This document shows positions 27,921-38,834 of a stretch of DNA of 64,000 nt, piece by piece (the stretch's first letter is position 1; each line of letters opens with the position of its first letter). Location: contig CAWIOS010000015.1 of the NCBI GenBank assembly GCA_963837815.1, positions 2,774 to 66,773 on the forward strand, read 5' to 3'. The stretch is from Ignavibacteriota bacterium. GTDB taxonomy: Bacteria; Bacteroidota; Ignavibacteria; UBA10030; UBA6906. The notes below the pieces were generated by a model that was given only the letters and a program-made list of their open reading frames with translations, was not told where the DNA came from and searched no databases. Made by a program: the position numbers and the translations under genes.

Positions 27921-29881
27921 GCATACCTCCGGGGCCCGTCACCGGGAGGATCGACGCCCTCGAGCTGCCTTGTGAGTTCGTTCCACCGGAAATATCCGTC
28001 TGCAAGGTCCTTTTCTATCTCCCTGTACCTTGCATGGACTTTCTTCACGTTCTCCCCGTCGCGGTAGAACTCCGGGTCTGCCATCTGACGGTCGATCGCG
28101 GTTTTCTCTTTCTCCATCCCTTCAAGCTTCCGCTCGAGTTTTTCTATTGCATCCCTGAGCGGTTTCGTCTTTTTGTACTTCCGCTGCCGTTGCTCCGCCT
28201 CAAGCCGCTTCCGCTCTTTATCGCTCGCGGTACCCGTCGTCTGCTTTGCCTGCGGGGACGGGCCTGCTTTTTGCTCCTCCCGGTTCCGGGCGTCGATGTA
28301 TTCGCTGACGTTTCCCGGGTAGGTCCGTATTCCACCGCGGCGGAATTCGACGACTTTTGTGACGATCGGGTCGAGGAAATCCCTGTCGTGCGAGACGATG
28401 ACGAAGCTCCCCTCGTACCCGGCGAGCGCCTCCTGCAGGACCCCCTTGGAGCGCATGTCGAGATGGTTCGTGGGCTCGTCCATGACGACGAGGTTGCTCG
28501 GATGGAGGAGCATTTTCGCCAGTGCCAGCCGGCTTTTTTCCCCCCCCGAGAGTACGCGCACTTTCTTGAAGACGTCGTCCCCGCTGAAGAGAAAGCAGCC
28601 AAGGAGCGTGCGGAGCCGGCGGCGGATGTCCCCCACGGCGACCTCCTCGACGGTCTGGAGGACGTCGTTCGCAGGGTTCAGCTCTTCCGCCTGGTGCTGT
28701 GCAAAATACGAGATCGTGACGTTGTAGCCGGCGATCCGTTCCCCGGCGTCGAAGGGCTCGATCCCGGCGATGATGCGTGCAAGCGTGGATTTCCCCGCCC
28801 CGTTCACGCCGACGAAGGCGATCCGGTCCCCCCTGTCGATGTCGAAGTTGATCCCGTCGAACACCTTCAGCGACCCGTAGCTCTTCCGCACCCCCCTGAG
28901 CTCCATTACCGCGCGGCCGGACTGCGGGGCGGGAGGGAAGGCGAAATGGATCCTCCCTTCCTCGTCCTCGATTTCGATGATGTCGAGCTTCTCGAGCTTC
29001 TTGATCCGGCTCTGCACCTGGCGCGCCTTCGTTGCCTTGTAGCGGAACCGCTCGATGAACTGCTCCGTCTGCTTGATCTGCTGTTGCTGATTCCTGTAGG
29101 CCGCGATCTGCTGTTCCTTCCGGGCGGCTTTCTCCCTGACGAAGTAGCTGAAGTTCCCCGCGTACTCCGTCAGCGATCCCATTGTCAGCTCGTACGTCTT
29201 TGCCGTCATGTTGTCAAGAAAACGCCTGTCGTGCGAGACGATGATCACCGCCCCTTCGTACGAGCGGAGGTAGTCTTCAAGCCAGCGCAGGGAATCAAGG
29301 TCGAGGTGGTTTGTCGGTTCGTCGAGGAGGAGGAGCGATGGCTGCGCAAGGAGGAGCTTCGCCAGCGCGATGCGCATCTGCCAGCCGCCGCTGAATTCAT
29401 CTGTCTGCCGGGTGAGGTCCGACTCCGTGAATCCGAGGCCCGCCAGTACCTTCTCGACCCCGGTCCTGATCCGGAACGCGTCGGAGGACTCCAGCCGGTG
29501 CTGGAGCTCTCCGTAGACCTCGAGGAGCTCGGCGAACTCGGCGGATTCGTGGTCGATCTCCCCCATCCGCCGGTGAACCTCGTCGAGCGCAGTCTGTGTC
29601 CCGATCACTTCCGCGAAGACCGATTCGACTTCGCTGTAGAGTGTCCGACCCGCGGCCGACATCCCCTCCTGCGGGAGATAGCCGACGCTGACGTACTTCG
29701 CCTTCGCGATCTCTCCGCTGTCGGCGGCCATTTCTCCCACAAGGATCCGGAGAAGCGTGGATTTCCCCGCGCCGTTGGAGCCGACGAGCCCGATCCTGTC
29801 ATGGGGGCCGACGCGGAAGGAAATTCCGTCGAAGAGCGCCCGGTCGCCGAACTCAAGGAGAAGGTTGACAGCCGAGATCAT
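27917..29881 (-). CDS. ABC-F family ATPase (tandem ABC domains, no TMD; Uup/EttA-like) with a C-terminal coiled-coil extension
   Basis: Two Walker A sites (GSNGAGKSTL, GVNGAGKSTL), two LSGG signatures, an inter-domain linker, and a charged C-terminal coiled coil. Confidence 0.9.
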   Translation of the reverse strand: MISAVNLLLEFGDRALFDGISFRVGPHDRIGLVGSNGAGKSTLLRILVGEMAADSGEIAKAKYVSVGYLPQEGMSAAGRTLYSEVESVFAEVIGTQTALDEVHRRMGEIDHESAEFAELLEVYGELQHRLESSDAFRIRTGVEKVLAGLGFTESDLTRQTDEFSGGWQMRIALAKLLLAQPSLLLLDEPTNHLDLDSLRWLEDYLRSYEGAVIIVSHDRRFLDNMTAKTYELTMGSLTEYAGNFSYFVREKAARKEQQIAAYRNQQQQIKQTEQFIERFRYKATKARQVQSRIKKLEKLDIIEIEDEEGRIHFAFPPAPQSGRAVMELRGVRKSYGSLKVFDGINFDIDRGDRIAFVGVNGAGKSTLARIIAGIEPFDAGERIAGYNVTISYFAQHQAEELNPANDVLQTVEEVAVGDIRRRLRTLLGCFLFSGDDVFKKVRVLSGGEKSRLALAKMLLHPSNLVVMDEPTNHLDMRSKGVLQEALAGYEGSFVIVSHDRDFLDPIVTKVVEFRRGGIRTYPGNVSEYIDARNREEQKAGPSPQAKQTTGTASDKERKRLEAEQRQRKYKKTKPLRDAIEKLERKLEGMEKEKTAIDRQMADPEFYRDGENVKKVHARYREIEKDLADGYFRWNELTRQLEGVDPPGDGPRRYA

Positions 29882-29894
29882 GATGCGGGGGGCA

Positions 29895-31211
29895 TTACTT
29901 GAGGTAGTACTTCAGCGGGTTCGGATCGACACGGCACTCTTCCGCGATGCGGATGCCCGAGATCCGGTGCTCGTCCCGGAGCTTGTAAAGGCGGGGGACG
30001 AGCCTGTCGCGCAGCTCGATGGGGGTGAACGGGTTGATGTAGATGCTCGTCCCTCCTTCGAATCCGGCGGGGACGTTGATGCGCCACTTGATGAGGACGT
30101 GCCAGGGCATTTTCGTGACCGCGTCCACGGGGGTGTAATACCACTCCTCGTTGCAGGAAATCTGGCTCCCCATCGAGGCGTGGATTGCATGAACAAGATC
30201 GCTCATGCCGCGGATTTCCTCGTCGCTGTGCTCGTACGGCCTCCCGGCTGACGACCGGGAGTAGACTTCGATCGTCGGGGAGCGGTGGCCGATTCCCGCC
30301 CACGCAATCGCGTGATCATTCTCGGCAAATATCAGGTTGTGGTACGCCGCGAAATTCGCGCCGTATTCGTTGAAGACGTTCGGATCCTCCCTGAGCATGT
30401 GCGTCTGGGTCTCGATGGACGCACCCCACTCGTCAAGCGCCACGACCTGTTTGTGCAGGTGGTCGAACGATGCGCCCGCGGGACGGAGCCAGTTCTGGAA
30501 GACACTGATGTACCTGACGTACCGGTTTGTCTGGGTGATGTCGAGCATCGCATCGACGGTGAACCGGAAATACCTGAAATGTTCTTCGAGCGACATCTCT
30601 CCCGAGGAAAACAGGTCCGCATCGGTGGCGGCCCCTTCCGCATAGTGCCTCGACGCGATGATGAGCTCGTGCCCGCCGCCGAAGAACGCGTCCGCGATCG
30701 CGAATTTGTCCGCCATCGGCATCTTCTCGATCTGCTCTTCCGTCCGTCCCTCCTGCCTGAGCTTGTAGTGGACGATGTCGGTGATGTGCTTCAGACCGTT
30801 CGGGCTGGCGAGGTATTCCTCTTTCCATTTCTGCCTCCCCGCGCTCATCTTGTAGGCGTAGTTTTTCCGCCAGTAATCGAGCGTGACGATCTCGAACATG
30901 TTGCCGACCCGGCGGAACGCAGCCTGCGTTTCGAAATAGCGGTCCGGCGCAAGCGTGTCAATCCGGTCCCACCGCCCGTCGCGGCGCACGAGCCGGGATT
31001 TCTCAGGGGGCGTTTCGAAGTACCGGGGGGGACAGAAGCTGCAGTAGTTCTCGGGGACGCGGGCTTCCAGCGGCCGCGCAGCGGCGGCAACCTCGTTCGT
31101 GATCGGCCGGCTCTTGCGTCCCGCAACCGCCCATACTTCCGTCCCGGTGAAGGGATTGACCTGCTTCACCGTTCCGTCGGGCATTATGGTATAGTACCTG
31201 TTCGGCTGCAT
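29895..31211 (-). CDS. GalT-like HIT-superfamily nucleotidyltransferase (galactose-1-phosphate uridylyltransferase-like, DUF4921/DUF4931-type)
   Basis: Zinc-type CSFCPP motif near the N-terminus and an H-x-H-x-Q motif (FDHLHKQVV) like the GalT HPHGQ active site; 438 aa. Confidence 0.55.
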   Translation of the reverse strand: MQPNRYYTIMPDGTVKQVNPFTGTEVWAVAGRKSRPITNEVAAAARPLEARVPENYCSFCPPRYFETPPEKSRLVRRDGRWDRIDTLAPDRYFETQAAFRRVGNMFEIVTLDYWRKNYAYKMSAGRQKWKEEYLASPNGLKHITDIVHYKLRQEGRTEEQIEKMPMADKFAIADAFFGGGHELIIASRHYAEGAATDADLFSSGEMSLEEHFRYFRFTVDAMLDITQTNRYVRYISVFQNWLRPAGASFDHLHKQVVALDEWGASIETQTHMLREDPNVFNEYGANFAAYHNLIFAENDHAIAWAGIGHRSPTIEVYSRSSAGRPYEHSDEEIRGMSDLVHAIHASMGSQISCNEEWYYTPVDAVTKMPWHVLIKWRINVPAGFEGGTSIYINPFTPIELRDRLVPRLYKLRDEHRISGIRIAEECRVDPNPLKYYLK

Positions 31212-31232
31212 GGCGTCAGGACGCGCGCACCC

Positions 31233-32672
31233 TCAGTTGTGTGTGTGACGGTGCCCGTTCTGCGTCGCACCGGCGAGAAGGACGTCCACCATCGATGTGC
31301 CTCCCCCCTCGGCGTAGACCCGTATGAGGGGTTCCGTTCCGGATGCGCGCACGAGGAGCCATCCTCCCTCGACGAACAATTTGTGCCCGTCGGCATCATT
31401 GCGGCCCGTGACCCGGTACCCGCCGATCTCCCTGACGGGTCCGCGGAACCGCTTCATGACCGCATCCTTCTCCTTCTCCGTCAGGTGCATGTCGACACGG
31501 CGGAATTCGTGCACGCCGAATTCGTCCATCAGTTCCTGGACAAGCGCGCCGAGCGGCTTGCCGCGCACCGCCATCATTTCGCAGAGCATGAGCCCGAGGA
31601 ATATGCCGTCCCGCTCGGGCAGGTGCCCCTTGACACCGAGGCCGCCGCTTTCCTCCCCGCCGATGAGGACGTCGTGCTCCGTCATGTACCTGCAGATGTG
31701 CTTGAACCCGACGGGCGTCTCGACAAGCTTCAGCCCGTATTTCGCGCACTGCCTGTCGACCATCTGTGTGACGGAGAGGGACTTGACGACTTCCCCCGTC
31801 ATCTTCTTCTGCTCGACGAGGTATTTGAGGAGGAGGGAGAAGATCCTGTGCGAGTCGACGAAGTTCCCCTTCTCGTCCACTGCCCCGATCCTGTCCGCAT
31901 CACCGTCGGTGGCAATGCCGATATCGAAGGACCCCGTCTTCACCCCCTGTATCAGCTCCGTGAGGTTCTGTGCGAGCGGTTCGGGATTCGTTCCGCCGAA
32001 TGACGGATTGAAGATTTCGTGTATCTGCCTGACGGCCGGAAGGGCCTCGTCAAGAACCCCCTGCCCCGCACCGTACATGACGTCGTACAGGATACGGAGC
32101 CCCGAACGGCGGATAAGGTTCATGTCAATCTTTGCCGCAATATCGTCCAGGTAGCGCTGCTTCATCGCAATCGGAGCGACACGCCCTTGTGCGACGAGCT
32201 CCCCGAGCGAATGCTTCCGCGGGGGGAGTTTCTTCAGCTTCATCACCTTGGCGAGCTCCTTCTCGACCCGGGCGATCATTTCGGGATGGGCGGGCCCCCC
32301 GAAGTCCCCCTTGATCTTGAACCCGTTGTACCGCGAGGGATTATGGCTGGCGGTGATAACGATCCCTCCCGCCGCGTTTTCCCTGAGGGTCAGGAGCGAG
32401 ACCATGGGGGTGCTGACAATGCTGTCGGCGAGCTTCACAGCAATGCCGGCGTTCGCCATGACCACGGCGGAAAGCTCCGCGAATTCCTTCGACATGAACC
32501 GGGCGTCGTAACCGATGACGACGCCGTTCTTACGGCCCTTCTTCGGGCCCGCCTTCCGGCCCGCGAAGAACCTGGCCGTGGCGAGAGCAACTCTCTCGAG
32601 ATTTGCGAACGTGAAATCGTCCGCAATGACACCCCGCCAGCCGTCCGTGCCGAATCGTATTGCCTGAGCCAT
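31233..32672 (-). CDS. Phosphoglucomutase/phosphomannomutase (alpha-D-phosphohexomutase)
   Basis: Active-site TASHNP, FGTDGWRG N-terminus, metal loop DGDADR, sugar loop GEESGG; start trimmed to MAQAIRFGTDGWRG. Confidence 0.9.
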   Translation of the reverse strand: MAQAIRFGTDGWRGVIADDFTFANLERVALATARFFAGRKAGPKKGRKNGVVIGYDARFMSKEFAELSAVVMANAGIAVKLADSIVSTPMVSLLTLRENAAGGIVITASHNPSRYNGFKIKGDFGGPAHPEMIARVEKELAKVMKLKKLPPRKHSLGELVAQGRVAPIAMKQRYLDDIAAKIDMNLIRRSGLRILYDVMYGAGQGVLDEALPAVRQIHEIFNPSFGGTNPEPLAQNLTELIQGVKTGSFDIGIATDGDADRIGAVDEKGNFVDSHRIFSLLLKYLVEQKKMTGEVVKSLSVTQMVDRQCAKYGLKLVETPVGFKHICRYMTEHDVLIGGEESGGLGVKGHLPERDGIFLGLMLCEMMAVRGKPLGALVQELMDEFGVHEFRRVDMHLTEKEKDAVMKRFRGPVREIGGYRVTGRNDADGHKLFVEGGWLLVRASGTEPLIRVYAEGGGTSMVDVLLAGATQNGHRHTHN

Positions 32673-32707
32673 GGGAACGCCCCGCATTGCGTGTGAGTCC
32701 GCCGTTG

Positions 32708-34027
<1,320 letters not shown>

Positions 34028-34058
34028 CTAATCAACTACGTCAAAAATGACGTGAAAA

Positions 34059-35117
34059 TCAATGTGAGAGGGCGCGGGCGACCGCGGCGAAAACGTCGTC
34101 AACAGTGAGAAGTTTCATGCATTCCATGTAGCCTTCCCCCGCCCTGGTGCAGAAATCAAGGTGGCACGGATGACAGGGAACATCCCTGCGGAGCGCCGCG
34201 TGCCCCGCCGAACGTTCGTACGGGAACCAGATCGATTCTTCTCCGGGACCGAAGAGCCCCACCGTCGGCACGCCGAGAGCGGCGGCGATGTGCATCGGTC
34301 CCGCATCGTTGGAGACGAAGACGCTGCACCGGGAGATCACCGCAGCGAGCTGGCGCAGCGGGAGGAGGTTGAGGACCGTCGGCGCGGAGACCGCGCCCGA
34401 ATCCACCGCCCGGACGGTGTCGGCGTCCGCCGGTCCCGATGTGATGATGACGCGCGCGCCGAGCCTGGACCGGAGCAGGTCGGCAAGGGCGGCAAATTTC
34501 TCCGGGAGCCATTTCTTGGCGGGCCACGTCCCCCCCGGGTGCATCCCGATGACGGGGCCACCTTCCTCCAGCGGCTTCCCCTCCCCGCACGCCCACCGGA
34601 GGTAAGATGCGGCGTCACGCCTCTCGTCCCGCGAAAGGAACAGCTCCGGGGTTGACGCGGACACGGGGATACCGGCGGCCGCAATGTATCTGTTATGAAA
34701 CTCGACGGCGGTTTTCGGTCTCCCGTCGTCGGGGATGCGGAGCGTGTACAGCCGTCCGCGGTTTTTCTTCTCCGGCCCGACGCGGACCCGCGCTCCGCTC
34801 AGCCGCGAGAGGAGCGCGCTCCGGGGATTGCCGAACATGTCGACGACGAGGTCGAAGCGTTTCCGTTTCAGGAGGAACCCGACGCGCGCCTGTTCGAGCA
34901 CGCCCGGGCGGTCATAGTTGTAGGGAATGATCTCGTCGAGGAAGGGATTCTGCTCCAGGAGCGCGACGGCACTCCGCTCCCCCATGTACGCGATGTAGGA
35001 GCCGGGGCATGCGGCGCGAACGTTGCGTATGACAGGCGTCGTGAGGACGATGTCCCCGATGAATTTCAGGCGCGTGAGAAGTATGCGGCGGTACGGAGGC
35101 ACGGATTCAGAAGCCAT
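34059..35117 (-). CDS. Glycosyltransferase family 9 (ADP-heptose:LPS heptosyltransferase-like, RfaF/WaaC/WaaQ family)
   Basis: RILLTRLKFIGDIVLTTPVIRNVR N-terminus and C-terminal ...FVSNDAGPMHIAAALGVPTVGLFGP typical of GT9. Confidence 0.85.
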   Translation of the reverse strand: MASESVPPYRRILLTRLKFIGDIVLTTPVIRNVRAACPGSYIAYMGERSAVALLEQNPFLDEIIPYNYDRPGVLEQARVGFLLKRKRFDLVVDMFGNPRSALLSRLSGARVRVGPEKKNRGRLYTLRIPDDGRPKTAVEFHNRYIAAAGIPVSASTPELFLSRDERRDAASYLRWACGEGKPLEEGGPVIGMHPGGTWPAKKWLPEKFAALADLLRSRLGARVIITSGPADADTVRAVDSGAVSAPTVLNLLPLRQLAAVISRCSVFVSNDAGPMHIAAALGVPTVGLFGPGEESIWFPYERSAGHAALRRDVPCHPCHLDFCTRAGEGYMECMKLLTVDDVFAAVARALSH

Positions 35118-37488
35118 GGTTTTCCGCCCACTCGCATCGATCGAGCCATGTGTTCACTTTGAGCTCCCCGATATCGGAATCCTCCGCGTTCAGCGAAATC
35201 CAGAACGCCCTCCGCGCTTCGCCGTACCTGCCGAGGCGGTAGAGCGCCTGGCCGAGGTAGCGGAGCCGGAGGGCTTCCAGCGCCACGTCCGCCGATGTCA
35301 GGTCGATGTCTTTCAATCCAACGACGGCGCCGGCAAAGTCCCCCTCGCGAAGCAACAACCGCGCCTTCATGTAGGCGAGCATCCTGTCCCCGGGGTTGCC
35401 GCGGAGGAGCGAATCGATGGCCGCAATGCGGAGCGAATCCGCGTAGTCGGCGAGGAACAGGGGGAGCAACCGCTTCCCCCCGGGGTCGGCGTCCATCGCA
35501 AGAAGACGGAGCGCGGCGGCTTCCGTGTGCCCTTCGGTGAAGTCGGCCTGGTAGACGCGGTCGTACAGCGCGTACGCCTTTTCCTGTTCGCCCGAGGCCC
35601 AGTAGGCGTCACCGATACTTATAAAGAGCGGGAGATACCGCGCCGGATGCTCGTCCGCAAGTATGACAGTGTCAAGAGCGGACGTGAGGACCCTCATCCG
35701 GCCTTCCCTGAGGGCGCTCGTAAGGTACCCCGCGAACGCGTCGTAACCCCCGCCGTCCGCGTACACCCCGGCGTACAGCGATTCCGCGGCCGCGTACTCT
35801 TTCCGGGCGAACGAACCCCGGGCGAGTAGCCCGCGCCGCGCAAGAACCCGGGCGCAGACCTTACGGAATATCGGGACGCGGCGAAAGAGCGCGTCCACGC
35901 CGTCCTGGTCCACGTCGTCAAGGGGGACCCTGTCCAGGTACCCTTCCCACTCAACGGCAAGCTCCGGCAGCGAGCGGCCGTAGACCCCGCTGAAATCGAG
36001 CGACCGGTACACAAGTGTGAGATTTCTCATGCCGTATCTGTCGATGAGGTACCTGCAGAACGATCCCGCCATCACGTAACTTACGGAGGATTGCCGGGAG
36101 GCGAACCCCCAGAGGCTCATGATGCCGTCGATGGGAGGGGCGATCCCCGCCTCGCGAATGGCCGCCGCGTATTCATGAATCGTACGGTTCCCCCACTCGC
36201 CGTCGACCGCCATGGCGAGTCCTTCAACGAGCCCCGTGCTGAGGCTCGCCCGGATGACCGGAACACCGAAGGGAGCTGCGGCGGCATGGACGAGCTCGTG
36301 TTTGAGAGAACCTTCGAGGGATTGCCGGGAAATGTGGATCTGCCCGCTCCACGGTTTTGCGATGTCGGTGTTCCCCGCACCAATCAGACGCTGCTTGACT
36401 TCCGGCGAAGGGTAAATGTACGACTCAAAGGAAACCCCGCCCGGGAGCGAAAACGCGTCGAGGACTTGTCGGAGCCTGAACTCGTGCTCCCGTGCCGCCT
36501 GCTGGATCTCGTCGGCGGTGAACGACGAGGGGGAATAATAAAGGACGAAATGCTCCGTCCGCATCTCGGCACCGAGTGTCCGCCTGATGTACGAGGCGGT
36601 CGATTCGAACCCCAGCTCGCAGCGGAAGAGATAGAATCCCGCGAGGGCGAAGATGATCGCCGCGGTCCTGATTCTCCGTTCCCCCGCAGCGAGCCCCGCG
36701 ATGAGCGTGCGGAGTTTCCCCCGGCCGGGCGCGCCCGCGGCGGAGTCCGTTACGGTGATCATCCCGGTCCAGAGAAAAACCGCCGCGACAAAAAGCGTCA
36801 GCAGCCGGAAGAGGACGAGCGCCCGCGAAAGAGGTATGACCTCGTCGTACGTCAGCCCGGGAAAATATCCGTAAAGGAAGTTGTATGAATACACCGCCGG
36901 TGTGAAGTAGCCCAGCCCCGCGCTGTAGAGAAGGAGAACGAAACACGAGAGGAAGAACATCGCACGCGGGTGCGCGAAGTTCACCGCGCAGAAGAACCCG
37001 AGCGAAACGCCGAAGAGCGCGCTCACCGGAGCGAGAAGCGTGAAAAATGCGAGACCCTCCGCCATGGAGCAGTTCCGGACAAACAGGGCATTCCCGGAAA
37101 TAATCACAAGGGGGATCGCAAGGAGGAGAACGCTCACCCCCGCCGAGGCGCCCGCCGCCCGGGCCGCCTCCCGGGGCTCCGGCGTTTCGCCCGAAGCACC
37201 GAGGGATTCCTTCACGGGCCGGATCGTGAGGAGCCCCGAGGCGCTTGCCGCGATGAACGCAAACAGGGCGGAAAACTCATATCCGAGATAATCGAGAAGG
37301 GGGACGCGCGTACAGAGAAGCGCGACGGCGCCGTACAGAAGGGCGGCGGACAGGACAGCGGGGGCGCGAAGAAGCGCGCGGATCTTCACCGTGGGCATCT
37401 GCCGACGCCGGGGGCTGTGTGCTGCACGCCCGGGATATTCTCCGGGGGGTTCAGAATTCCTCCCCTGCTTCGCGGCGGATATCCGCAC
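35107..37488 (-). CDS. Polytopic membrane protein with a central gluzincin-like domain (HExxH...E) and C-terminal TPR repeats
   Basis: About 8 predicted TM helices in the first ~280 aa. LKHELVHAAAAPFG plus a downstream GLVEGLAM (candidate third zinc ligand). TPR-like helical repeats in the last ~250 aa. Overlaps murA by 38 nt and the GT9 gene by 11 nt. Confidence 0.6.
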   Translation of the reverse strand: MRISAAKQGRNSEPPGEYPGRAAHSPRRRQMPTVKIRALLRAPAVLSAALLYGAVALLCTRVPLLDYLGYEFSALFAFIAASASGLLTIRPVKESLGASGETPEPREAARAAGASAGVSVLLLAIPLVIISGNALFVRNCSMAEGLAFFTLLAPVSALFGVSLGFFCAVNFAHPRAMFFLSCFVLLLYSAGLGYFTPAVYSYNFLYGYFPGLTYDEVIPLSRALVLFRLLTLFVAAVFLWTGMITVTDSAAGAPGRGKLRTLIAGLAAGERRIRTAAIIFALAGFYLFRCELGFESTASYIRRTLGAEMRTEHFVLYYSPSSFTADEIQQAAREHEFRLRQVLDAFSLPGGVSFESYIYPSPEVKQRLIGAGNTDIAKPWSGQIHISRQSLEGSLKHELVHAAAAPFGVPVIRASLSTGLVEGLAMAVDGEWGNRTIHEYAAAIREAGIAPPIDGIMSLWGFASRQSSVSYVMAGSFCRYLIDRYGMRNLTLVYRSLDFSGVYGRSLPELAVEWEGYLDRVPLDDVDQDGVDALFRRVPIFRKVCARVLARRGLLARGSFARKEYAAAESLYAGVYADGGGYDAFAGYLTSALREGRMRVLTSALDTVILADEHPARYLPLFISIGDAYWASGEQEKAYALYDRVYQADFTEGHTEAAALRLLAMDADPGGKRLLPLFLADYADSLRIAAIDSLLRGNPGDRMLAYMKARLLLREGDFAGAVVGLKDIDLTSADVALEALRLRYLGQALYRLGRYGEARRAFWISLNAEDSDIGELKVNTWLDRCEWAENHGF

Positions 37489-38713
37489 CCAGGGATTGCA
37501 GTTTCTTTTCGATGGCCTCGTATCCCCTGTCGATATGATAGACGCGGAGTACTTCGGTGGTTCCCGACGCGACGAGACCGGCGAGTATCAATGAAGCGGA
37601 CGCGCGGAGATCCGTGGACATCACTTTCGCACCCATGAGCCGGGCGACCCCGCGAATCACGGCGGCGTTCTCTTTCAATTCGATGTCGGCGCCGAGACGG
37701 ACAAGTTCCGGCACGTGTTTGAATCTGTCGAAATATATTGAATCGGTGACAACCGCGGTGCCGGAGGCCACCGCCATGAGGGATGTCCATTGTGCCTGCA
37801 TGTCGGTCGGAAACCCCGGGTAGATTGCGGCGGTGACGTCGACTGACCGAAGTTCGGGCTGCGCGGTGAGAGAGACAAAATCGGGACCGTTGCGAAGTGC
37901 ACACCCGGCATCTTCGAGCTTTACGGTGAGTGCGGAGAGGTGCTCAGGAATTACCCGTTCGAGCCTCACGCTCCCCCCGGTGATCGCCGCGGCGACGAGG
38001 AATGTCCCCGCCTCAATCCTGTCCGGTATCGTCGTGACATCGGCGGGGTGAAGGGCGTCCACCCCCTCGATCTCCAGCCGGTTCGTTCCGGTCCCCGCGA
38101 TCCGCGCCCCCATCGCGTTCAGAAACCCGGCCAGCGAGGTGATCTCCGGCTCGATCGCCGCGTTCTCGATGAGCGTCGTCCCGCGCGCAAGCGATGCCGC
38201 CATCATTACGTTTCCCGTCGCTCCCACGCTCGAGACGTCAAAGTGAATGCGCGCCGCGTGCAGGCGGTCCGCCCTGGCGATGATGTATCCCCCTTCAAGC
38301 TCGATGTCCGCCCCGAGCTTGCGGAGCCCTTCGATGTGAAGGTTGACCGGACGGGGACCCCACGCGCATCCACCGGGGAGAGAGACTCTTGCCCTCCCGT
38401 ACCGGCCTATGAGCGGGCCCAGCACGTAGATCGAGGCGCGCATCTTCTTGACGTGCTCGTACGGGGCCTCGTACCTGTTGATGGACGTGCTGTCGAGCGT
38501 CAGTGTATTCTCCCTGAAGTCGATCTGCATCCCCATCGTCCGCAGGAGGGCTGTCATTGTCGTTACGTCGCGGAGGGCGGGCGTGTTGCCCAGGCGGAAG
38601 GTCCCGGGGGCGAGTATGGCGGCAGGCATCAAGGCAAGCGTCGCGTTCTTCGCGCCGCTTACGACGACCGTTCCGCTGAGGCGCTTCCCTCCCCGTATGA
38701 CGAACTTGTCCAC
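37451..38713 (-). CDS. murA: UDP-N-acetylglucosamine 1-carboxyvinyltransferase
   Basis: MDKFVIRGGKRLSGTVVVSGAKNATLALM... and the catalytic-loop region VSLPGGCAWGPRPVNLHI; 420 aa. Confidence 0.95.
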   Translation of the reverse strand: MDKFVIRGGKRLSGTVVVSGAKNATLALMPAAILAPGTFRLGNTPALRDVTTMTALLRTMGMQIDFRENTLTLDSTSINRYEAPYEHVKKMRASIYVLGPLIGRYGRARVSLPGGCAWGPRPVNLHIEGLRKLGADIELEGGYIIARADRLHAARIHFDVSSVGATGNVMMAASLARGTTLIENAAIEPEITSLAGFLNAMGARIAGTGTNRLEIEGVDALHPADVTTIPDRIEAGTFLVAAAITGGSVRLERVIPEHLSALTVKLEDAGCALRNGPDFVSLTAQPELRSVDVTAAIYPGFPTDMQAQWTSLMAVASGTAVVTDSIYFDRFKHVPELVRLGADIELKENAAVIRGVARLMGAKVMSTDLRASASLILAGLVASGTTEVLRVYHIDRGYEAIEKKLQSLGADIRREAGEEF

Positions 38714-38834
38714 GTCTCTTCAGGTGCGCAGTAATGGGAAGACGAATGAGCGCAAAAATCGCGGGAAAGTCAATTCGCAGGGCGCGCACCGTGAGCACAG
38801 TTGATTCTGGAAAACGCCGGCGCTATATTGGCCC

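Noticed and set aside
28034-29902. Long plus-strand ORFs (28034..29902, 622 aa; also 30285..32003, 41350..43080, 18749..20167, 55285..56988, 719..1792) antisense to confidently assigned genes
   Set aside because: They are Arg/Pro/Gly-rich, lack recognisable motifs and lie antisense to genes with clear family signatures (ABC-F, GalT-like/PGM, CtpA, atpB/atpI, ileS, penicillin acylase). High GC suppresses stop codons in antisense frames.
38714-38834. Possible cobalamin riboswitch upstream of the BtuF-like binding-protein gene
   Set aside because: The leader is only 121 nt. A GGGAA element and a GTCACTGC (B12-box-like) string are present, but the latter lies inside the CDS start (ATGCGTCACTGC). 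The conserved GGTGAAA/CCGG core and a full B12 box upstream of the start were not found.
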